This document shows positions 9,658 through 16,072 of a stretch of 16,072 bases of DNA, one piece after another. The position numbers and the translations under genes are program-made. The stretch's first letter is position 1, and each line of letters begins with the position of its first letter. This DNA is from Candidatus Hydrogenedentota bacterium. GTDB taxonomy: Bacteria; Hydrogenedentota; Hydrogenedentia; Hydrogenedentales; SLHB01. The stretch covers positions 1-16,072 of the forward strand of contig JAWXCN010000093.1 of the NCBI GenBank assembly GCA_034408725.1, read 5' to 3'. The notes beneath the pieces were generated by a model, which was not told where the DNA came from, did not search any database, and was given only the letters and a program-made list of their open reading frames with translations.

Positions 9658-11058
9658 ATGTTTATTCGCAGCAGCATGTGCCTTGTCGTCATATCGGTCG
9701 CGTATGCACAGGAGCCACTTTCGGCATCGCGCGCGGCGAATCCAGACGCGATCGCGGCGACCGCTGCGGGGTCCTTGAGCGAAGCCAACGCGGCGTGGTG
9801 GGGTTTTGAGGAAGCGGATTCAACCTCGGCGATTCAGTCGGCGATCGATTCGATGGCGGCGAAGGTGGTGGTGCCGTATGTGGGCAAGCCGTGGATAATC
9901 CGGCCGATCATGTTGCGCGGCGATCTCGAATTGTTTTTCGAGCCGGGGGTGGTGGTGCTGGCGAAGAAGGACGAGTTTCGCAGTAAGGGCGACAGCCTGT
10001 TTCGCGCGCAGGATGCGTCGAACATTTCCGTGCGAGGATATGGCGCAACGTTGCGGATGCGCAAGCGAGACTACCAGCAGCCGCCGTATGAGAAAGCGGA
10101 ATGGCGCATGGGCCTGACGTTCAGCGGCTGCACGAATGTGCGCGTGGAAGGTCTGCGCATCGAGAGCACGGGCGGCGACGGCATCTACATCGGCACGACT
10201 GGCACGCAGGAGTATTGCAAGGACGTGGTGATCCGCGAAGTCACGTGTTTTGACAACCACAGGCAGGGCATCAGCGTGATTGGCGCGGAGAACCTGTTGA
10301 TCGAGAACTCGGTGTTCGCGAACACCTGGGGAACAGCGCCGGGCGCGGGTATCGATCTTGAACCGGACAGCCCGGCGCAACGCTTGGTGAACATCGTCGT
10401 GCGCAATTGCACATTTGAAAATAACGAAGGTCACGAGGTGCTGGTGTACGCGAAGAACCTCGATGCGACCGCTCCTCCAATTTCGATTCGATTCGAGAAT
10501 TGCCTGATGCGCAAGACGACTCTCGACATGCTGGAAGAAGGCATTGGCCGCGACGACGACGTACATGGGTGGGCGGGCATTTCCGTCGGTGCGGTACGCG
10601 ATGACGGGCCGGAAGGTTTGATCGAGTTTGTGGATTGCACCGTCGAAGGCACGGGTAAGGAAAGCGTAAAAGTGTACGACAAATCGGCGGACAAGGCCAA
10701 GGTGCGTTTTGTGAATTGCCGGTTCAAGGATTCGTGGAACGTGCATCACTCGATCTATGCGGACATGCGCGTACCGATTTTTTTCGAGGTGCGGCGGCCC
10801 GCGCTGAGCAAACGCGTTGGCGGCATCGAGTTTGTTGATTGCCATTTGTGGGATGACGCGGGACGACCGGTCGCGGCGATGTCGCCGTTCAATAGCGAAT
10901 ATGGCCTGCACGATGTAACGGGAACAATTTATGTGTATGGGGAGAATGAGCCGCGGGTGTGGTTTGGGAAGGACTCGACCAACGTCGATCTCCAACTGGT
11001 GCAAATCAAACCCGCTGAACCAGCCGACTCGCGAAAGCCCGACGCTGACGCTGAATAA
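9658..11058 (+). CDS. Exported right-handed parallel beta-helix (pectin-lyase-like fold) protein
   Basis: Signal peptide ending AYA-Q; DSTSAIQSAID cap; repeated strands NVRVEGLRIESTGGDGIYI, NHRQGISVI, GAGIDLEP and NIVVRNCTFENN; GGAG RBS at 9647-9650. Confidence 0.8.
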   Translation: MFIRSSMCLVVISVAYAQEPLSASRAANPDAIAATAAGSLSEANAAWWGFEEADSTSAIQSAIDSMAAKVVVPYVGKPWIIRPIMLRGDLELFFEPGVVVLAKKDEFRSKGDSLFRAQDASNISVRGYGATLRMRKRDYQQPPYEKAEWRMGLTFSGCTNVRVEGLRIESTGGDGIYIGTTGTQEYCKDVVIREVTCFDNHRQGISVIGAENLLIENSVFANTWGTAPGAGIDLEPDSPAQRLVNIVVRNCTFENNEGHEVLVYAKNLDATAPPISIRFENCLMRKTTLDMLEEGIGRDDDVHGWAGISVGAVRDDGPEGLIEFVDCTVEGTGKESVKVYDKSADKAKVRFVNCRFKDSWNVHHSIYADMRVPIFFEVRRPALSKRVGGIEFVDCHLWDDAGRPVAAMSPFNSEYGLHDVTGTIYVYGENEPRVWFGKDSTNVDLQLVQIKPAEPADSRKPDADAE

Positions 11059-11065
11059 AGAATTT

Positions 11066-11191
11066 TTCACTACGAAGATCACGAAGAAATCAGAGAATCA
11101 CCGCAAAGGTTCACCAAAAAGCAAATCAAAATCTTTAGTTGTTTTCCGGACGTTTTGATTTGCTTCGTGTTCTTCGTGCCTTCGTGGTGAA
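11066..11191. repeat. Nested inverted repeat built from CACGAAG/CTTCGTG units; possible bidirectional terminator or 3' stabiliser
   Basis: Outer arms 11066-11088 TTCACTACGAAGATCACGAAGAA and 11170-11191 TTCTTCGTGCCTTCGTGGTGAA (imperfect). Inner perfect 13-bp arms AAGCAAATCAAAA 11119-11131 and TTTTGATTTGCTT 11153-11165. Lies between convergent genes. Confidence 0.85.
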
Positions 11192-11599
11192 CTATTCTTC
11201 GTCCTCGGATTTAATCTTGTCTTTCAAATTGGCAAACGGATTATGTGCGAGTGGCTGATCATCCGCGTCGAGTTTGGCGTAGCCGCCGAAAAAATTTACT
11301 CGGCCGGCGTCCTGATGCACGTCATCGTGGCAGGAGAGGCAGAGAAGTTCCCAGTTGCTGCCGTCGGTGGGGTTGTTGTTGTGGTTGTTGTCTTTGTGGT
11401 GGACAGTGAGATCGCGCAGGTCTTTTCCGAAGAATTCGCGGCCGCACCGTCCGCAGATGTGGGGGAACAGCGCGAGCGCCTGTTCCCGGTAGCCTTGACG
11501 GCGTTCGGCCTGTTCCTTGCTCAGTTGCGCGAGGAATTGGGCTTGCCGTTCAGGATCGATTTTTACTTTTCGCAGTCGCCTGCGGTTTGATTCGCCCAT
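11192..11599 (-). CDS. yajD: YajD-family HNH nuclease
   Basis: YREQALALFPHICGRCGREF, LTVHHKD.NH.NNP.DGSNWELLCLSCHD..H and C-terminal HNPFANLK match the YajD pattern as I recall it; two CxxC pairs. Confidence 0.85.
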   Translation of the reverse strand: MGESNRRRLRKVKIDPERQAQFLAQLSKEQAERRQGYREQALALFPHICGRCGREFFGKDLRDLTVHHKDNNHNNNPTDGSNWELLCLSCHDDVHQDAGRVNFFGGYAKLDADDQPLAHNPFANLKDKIKSEDEE

Positions 11600-11632
11600 G
11601 ACGTTTAAACCTCGACACGACCCCGAAGATTC

Positions 11633-11743
11633 CGGGAGGGCGCGCGTCCTCGCGCGCTCCGTTACCCACGATCTCGTGTACCCATCAGAAACTGCGCGCG
11701 GTTACGTGAACTTATCAAGCGCGCGGGGACGCGCGCCCTCCCG
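11633..11743. repeat. Inverted pair of REP-like units (REPIN-like), same family as 1881-2010
   Basis: 11633-11658 CGGGAGGGCGCGCGTCCTCGCGCGCT and 11718-11743 AGCGCGCGGGGACGCGCGCCCTCCCG are complementary at 25/26, with a 59-nt spacer. Confidence 0.92.
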
Positions 11744-11751
11744 CGTTGTGT

Positions 11752-12885
11752 CTAATCCTTCACCTGTTCGAGGATCGCGAAGTCGCCAGGGTTCCAGGCT
11801 TGCGCGATGACGTACCATTTATCGCCGATCTTCGTGAAGGTCGCGTTATGGATGTGGGTGAAGTTTGGAAGGCCGAGGTCTTCCTTGGGCATGAGCGTTG
11901 ACACGATTGCGTCGTCTTTCAGGATGTAGATCGGCGCGCCCTTGGTTTTGTCGGGTCCGTCGAGGCAACCGACGATCGCGAGGCCTTCGGCGTAGTCGAT
12001 GTCGCACGCGAGCGATCCTTCCGGAAGTTTCACCGTGTCGCGGTAATGGCCGTAGCGTGTGAAGCGATCTATTTCGGCGTTGGGCCGGTCGGCGATCGTT
12101 ACGCGCTTGGAATCGGGGCTGATGGTTACGCCGTGGCCCGTGCCGAACTGGCCGGCGCCCGTGCCGCGACCGCCAAAGACCAGATCGTTCCACTCGACGC
12201 GTTCGGCTGTCCGGTTCACTGTTGCGGTCAAGACATAATCAAGATTCGAGTATCCGGTGGTGATGTAATAGTAGCGGCCCAGCTTGGCAACATCGGTGGG
12301 GACGAATTTCCCGCCGTCAGCGAAATATTTGTTCACCGTCGTTTCGTCGAAATTCGTTTCCGCGGTTGGCGCATCGAGCGTATTCACAAGCGTGCCATCA
12401 AGCGTCGTGGTGAATACCTTGGCGGCCTCGTTGCCAGGAAACACAAGAAACGACGCGTCGTCTGCGTGCCAGATACCAGCATTGTGCAGGTTCGTATCTT
12501 TCATGGTGGGGGGCGTAGTCAGCATTCTCGTCGATGCGAGGTCCGGGCTGATCTCGATGATGCCCGCGCCGGGCAGCGCGAAATAGATCGCGCCTTTGCC
12601 TTCGCGGCGGTCTACCGCGAATCCGCCGTGCGCCTTCGTGAGCACCGCAACCGCTTCCGCGGGCAAATGGTCTGCTTTATAGAGGAGCTTGAATTTGAAA
12701 TCGCCTTGACCCGTGACGCCCGGAGGCGAAGGTGCGGGCGCGGCGGCGTCTGCCTGGGCGATTGTCAGCGTGGATGCCGCGGGCTTGTCCGTGTCGTGAT
12801 GGTGGCCGGGATGCGCAAAGGTTTGCTGTAATGGCATCACTGCGAACAGGGCTGCAAAATAACAATACGGAAGTAAGCGTTTCAC
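11752..12885 (-). CDS. Exported NHL-repeat beta-propeller, peptidyl-alpha-hydroxyglycine lyase (PAL)-like
   Basis: GTG start at 12885 after GGAGGGG; signal peptide ending TFA-HPGHHH; NHL-type motifs PTDVA..YITTGY, FGGRGTGAGQFGTGHGVTI and IADRPNAEI. Confidence 0.7.
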   Translation of the reverse strand: MKRLLPYCYFAALFAVMPLQQTFAHPGHHHDTDKPAASTLTIAQADAAAPAPSPPGVTGQGDFKFKLLYKADHLPAEAVAVLTKAHGGFAVDRREGKGAIYFALPGAGIIEISPDLASTRMLTTPPTMKDTNLHNAGIWHADDASFLVFPGNEAAKVFTTTLDGTLVNTLDAPTAETNFDETTVNKYFADGGKFVPTDVAKLGRYYYITTGYSNLDYVLTATVNRTAERVEWNDLVFGGRGTGAGQFGTGHGVTISPDSKRVTIADRPNAEIDRFTRYGHYRDTVKLPEGSLACDIDYAEGLAIVGCLDGPDKTKGAPIYILKDDAIVSTLMPKEDLGLPNFTHIHNATFTKIGDKWYVIAQAWNPGDFAILEQVKD

Positions 12886-13047
12886 GGGTTTCCCCTCCCA
12901 CCTGCGTTGAACTGCACCTGCCAAGAGCATAAACCGGAGACGGCGGAGACTTCCATTTTTCGAGTGCGGGCGCTCGATCTGTGGAAAAGCAGTTTTGCGG
13001 ATTCCGGTGCGATTGTGAAGTAAAAGCCGCAGCCACTGCTGTCACAC

Positions 13048-14952
13048 TCAAAAATTAAATCTTATCAATTCCGCTTTGTCGCCGAAGTAGATGCCTCTAT
13101 CGTCGATTGCGAACCCGCAATGGATGTTTCCGGGGTATTCCGCGAGGACGGTTGTCGTGTAGGTTTTGGGATCGAGACGGAACACAGACTTGTTGGTGAG
13201 GCCGTAAAGGTTTCCGTCTTTCCAGAGTCCCAGTGAGAGATCGGGTATCGAGCCTACGCCAAGCGATGCGGAGTGGACAAATTCCTTGGAGTCGATGTTG
13301 TAGACAAATAACGTGTCGGCATTGGCGATGCCGAAGATGCGACGGTCGACTTTCACCAGCGCGCGGATGTAACTGGCTTTTTCTATCGGCACGTGTTCCG
13401 CCACGACTTTTTTTCCGGCGGGATCGAAGGCGAAGAATTTTGCTTCGGGTTGCGAGGGTGTCGAGCCGCCTCCGCCGTGAATGCTGGTGCCGCCGAAGAC
13501 CATGCCGGATTTGTCGTCATACGCGAGCGCGGTGATCGACTGGTCCGCGAGCAGCGGATGATAGTTTTCGATCAGCCGGTCCTGCGCCGTGTCCCACACG
13601 CCGAGTGAACCGCCGAGCTTTCCGTATTCCGGGAAACCGCCGATGTAGATGAGGTCGTTTGGTCCATGGACCATCGCGCGCGGACGCAGATGTCCGGGGC
13701 CGAGCGGCCCAAACGCGCGCGGATTGCTCGATGCTTCCATGCCGTAATTCCACGGTAAGGTGGGGTCCCATTTCGACAGAAACGATCCCGGATACGCGCA
13801 GAGGTAGAGCACGTCGTGATGATCGAGAAAAGAATAAATCTCGCCGCCGACGTCAGTCGGGTTGCCGGGGTTTTCCTGCGTACTCGTCGCGGGGTCGTAC
13901 CAGAACAGTTCGTTGGGCATGTACGTGCCGCCGTAGATTCTTCCCAGCGGACCGTTCGCGACGTAGAAGAGACCTGCGCCGTCCCCGGCGTATTTGAACG
14001 TTTTATGCTCGACTTTGCCATCAGGGTACGTGAGGTCGTAGGTACCGTTGATTGAAACGTTTGAGAACGAGCGACCGTCTTTCAAGGTTGTATTTGTGAC
14101 CATCGCCGGCGCGTTTTGCACATCGACAAGCGAGCCATCCGGCTGCACTTTCAATGTCACATTCACCGGGCGTTTGATCTCGCCGTTCTCCGGATCGCCG
14201 TTGACCGTTTCCATGCGAATCGCGGCGACATAGACATTGCCGTCAACGCCTTTGGATACCGAAGTCGAGATTTGCGCGGGATCGCCAGAATATTCTTTCG
14301 GCAGAATGGATTTGTGTTCACCGGTTTTAGGATCGAACACGACGAGGTTCGCTTTGCCGTAACCAATGGCGACATAGATTTTCCCGTCGGGCCCGGTGGC
14401 GACACTCCGCGAATACATCATCTCATCGTCCATGCGGCCCAGGTCTTTCATGTCGTTCGTTTTCGGATCGAACGAGATCAATTTCGCGTTTGGAAATGTG
14501 CAGGCATAGAGGATGCCATCAGGGCCGATGCAATATTGCCAGAGGTAAGATTCGGATTCAGAAGGCTTACCGACGACTTCGACCTGTTTTTCCGGGTATT
14601 GTGGATCGAACACGAGAATCTGCCCACCGTCCGTCGGATCAGGTCCTTCGTGCGTGCCGAGGTAGATGCGGTTATCCGGGCCGACGATGAATCCCCACGC
14701 GCCCGTGCCGACGAGAGATTTGAACTGTTGCGTCGCGCCGGTGTCGGGATCGATTGCTACGAGAAAGAGTTTGCCGCCGTCCTGCCGGAAATTGATGTAG
14801 ATGCGTTCGGACCCTTCCGTCGGACCAGGACCGACGATAGCGCCCATGAGGCCGGCTTTCAACACGGGTTTACCGAGAGATTCAAATGGGGCGGGGAGTG
14901 GATCGGCAAACGAGATTGAGACAAGACAACTCAACAAAACGCAAAAACGCAT
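13048..14952 (-). CDS. Exported multi-bladed beta-propeller protein of unknown function
   Basis: Repeated blades GPDNRIYLGT, GPDGILYACT, GPDGKIYVAI, GPLGRIYGGT and GPNDLIYIGG. Start moved to the ATG at 14952 (AGGA upstream, signal peptide MRFCVLLSCLVSISFA-DP), giving 634 aa. Confidence 0.75.
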   Translation of the reverse strand: MRFCVLLSCLVSISFADPLPAPFESLGKPVLKAGLMGAIVGPGPTEGSERIYINFRQDGGKLFLVAIDPDTGATQQFKSLVGTGAWGFIVGPDNRIYLGTHEGPDPTDGGQILVFDPQYPEKQVEVVGKPSESESYLWQYCIGPDGILYACTFPNAKLISFDPKTNDMKDLGRMDDEMMYSRSVATGPDGKIYVAIGYGKANLVVFDPKTGEHKSILPKEYSGDPAQISTSVSKGVDGNVYVAAIRMETVNGDPENGEIKRPVNVTLKVQPDGSLVDVQNAPAMVTNTTLKDGRSFSNVSINGTYDLTYPDGKVEHKTFKYAGDGAGLFYVANGPLGRIYGGTYMPNELFWYDPATSTQENPGNPTDVGGEIYSFLDHHDVLYLCAYPGSFLSKWDPTLPWNYGMEASSNPRAFGPLGPGHLRPRAMVHGPNDLIYIGGFPEYGKLGGSLGVWDTAQDRLIENYHPLLADQSITALAYDDKSGMVFGGTSIHGGGGSTPSQPEAKFFAFDPAGKKVVAEHVPIEKASYIRALVKVDRRIFGIANADTLFVYNIDSKEFVHSASLGVGSIPDLSLGLWKDGNLYGLTNKSVFRLDPKTYTTTVLAEYPGNIHCGFAIDDRGIYFGDKAELIRFNF

Positions 14953-15001
14953 AGAATGGTTCCTGACTGTCTGGAGTGCGGTGGCAATCATCACTGCTAC
15001 T

Positions 15002-15104
15002 TTCGTGCTCTTGCTCGTCATCGTAATCGTTACTCGTGTATTCGGATTTCTATCCACGAATCAAAATAAGGAGCTACGATTACGATGACGAGCAAGAGCA
15101 CGAA
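15002..15104. repeat. Perfect 29-bp inverted repeat made of degenerate hexamers
   Basis: 15002-15030 TTCGTGCTCTTGCTCGTCATCGTAATCGT is the exact reverse complement of 15076-15104 ACGATTACGATGACGAGCAAGAGCACGAA; 45-nt spacer. Confidence 0.95.
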
Positions 15105-15134
15105 TAAGAATCAGCTAAGTAGCGAGTGACTGCG

Positions 15135-16013
15135 CTACGCGACGCGCACAGCGTCGATATGGCTAATGTTTGAATCCACTTCCCCGGGTTCGAGCACGCC
15201 GATGGTCATGGCGTCGACGCAGCCGAGTCCCAATACAAAGTTCAGCGATTCCGGCAGTTTCTCGGCGGTTTCTCCTTGTCCGGCGATTTTCATGCCGAGA
15301 ATGCCGATGCCGTTGTCGTGTGCCTTTTTCAGTACGGCGGCGACTTCTTCGGGTGTGCCGTCCATGTATTTGCCGAAAGGATTGATGCGCGAGAGCATGA
15401 CATCGACCCAGGGGGACACGGCAGCGGTTTCCATCGCGCCAAAGTTGTGACAGGAGCAGCCGTGCGCACGGATGATGCCCTTCTGCTTGGCCTCTTCAAG
15501 CACGTCCATGCACGGGCCAAGTTTCGTGTCCCAGCCCGGCTCGGTGAGGCAATGCAGCAGCACGATGTCGAGATAGTCGGTGTCGAGTTCGCGGCGGAAG
15601 CGCTCCAGATCGGCTTTGATCAGGCTCGGCTCGCGCGAAACGGTTTTCGTAAGGAGCATCGCGTCTTCCCGCTTCACGGTATTCTTCAGCGCGTCCTTCA
15701 TGTAATCGTGCGCTCCGTACATGTCGGCGAGATCGAAGTATGTGACGCCATTGGCAAATGCATGTTCGATGAGTGATACAAATGCGGGACGGCCCTTGCG
15801 GTTTTGCGCGGAGCTGCCGTTCCACGCGGACGTGCCGGTGCCCATGCCCAGGAGCGAGCATTGGATGCCGGTCTTGCCAAGCGTGCGTTTCATGGAACCG
15901 GTGAACCGCGTATCCGCGGCCCACGCGGGGCGAATGCCCGAAAGCGCGAGGCCGGTCGCGGCGGCTGAACCCGCGGAACGTTTCATGAATTCCCGTCGTG
16001 TTATCCAACGCAT
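15135..16013 (-). CDS. Aldo/keto reductase with twin-arginine (Tat) signal peptide
   Basis: ATG at 16013 after GGAGG; TRREFMK plus hydrophobic stretch plus AWA; KRTLGKTG..S.LGMGT; catalytic tetrad in FDLADMYG (D,Y), LTK (K) and LLH (H); GIIRAHGCSCH. Confidence 0.9.
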   Translation of the reverse strand: MRWITRREFMKRSAGSAAATGLALSGIRPAWAADTRFTGSMKRTLGKTGIQCSLLGMGTGTSAWNGSSAQNRKGRPAFVSLIEHAFANGVTYFDLADMYGAHDYMKDALKNTVKREDAMLLTKTVSREPSLIKADLERFRRELDTDYLDIVLLHCLTEPGWDTKLGPCMDVLEEAKQKGIIRAHGCSCHNFGAMETAAVSPWVDVMLSRINPFGKYMDGTPEEVAAVLKKAHDNGIGILGMKIAGQGETAEKLPESLNFVLGLGCVDAMTIGVLEPGEVDSNISHIDAVRVA

Positions 16014-16072
16014 GGGGAGAATCCTCCAAAATGTCGGCGGCGCAAAATGCGCGGCGCACCCATCATTCAATC

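Noticed and set aside
9820..11082. 420-aa antisense ORF and other long shadow ORFs (e.g. 5607-6629, 3590-4501, 14116-14919)
   Set aside because: They overlap well-supported genes, have no recognisable motifs, and are expected from GC-rich codon bias.
11192..11599. HNH as a homing endonuclease, intron ORF or phage gene
   Set aside because: No interrupted host gene, intron structure or phage genes nearby, and the sequence fits the stand-alone YajD pattern.
12951..12987. Small hairpin TCGAGTGC-GG-GCGCTCGA flanked by TTCCA/TGGAA
   Set aside because: Short, with a 2-nt loop, no U-tract in the transcribed direction and no second copy. Too weak to call a terminator or riboswitch.
14953..15057. 35-aa N-terminal extension of the beta-propeller ORF (also ORF 14801-15088)
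   Set aside because: It runs through the palindrome arm. The ATG at 14952 has an RBS and begins a proper signal peptide.

Overview
Bacterial chromosomal window, GC-rich by eye, with no rRNA, tRNA, CRISPR array, transposase or integrase. The left 9.3 kb is housekeeping: larC and coaD on + converge on a minus-strand mreB-mreC-mreD-mrdA-rodA-rng operon. The right part is accessory: an exported beta-helix protein, a YajD-type HNH protein, a PAL-like NHL propeller, a large beta-propeller and a Tat-signal aldo/keto reductase. The most notable non-genic signal is three different families of short intergenic repeats. These are (i) a GGGAG-footed 25-26 nt REP-like hairpin in 5 copies at two loci, (ii) a CTTCGTG/CACGAAG-unit nested inverted repeat, and (iii) a hexamer-built element seen as a perfect 29-bp inverted repeat at 15002-15104 and as a (CGAGCA)10 tract at the window start. 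Families (i) and (ii) sit 0-9 nt from stop codons. All protein calls come from motif recognition, not database searches. I found no clearly new multi-gene system.
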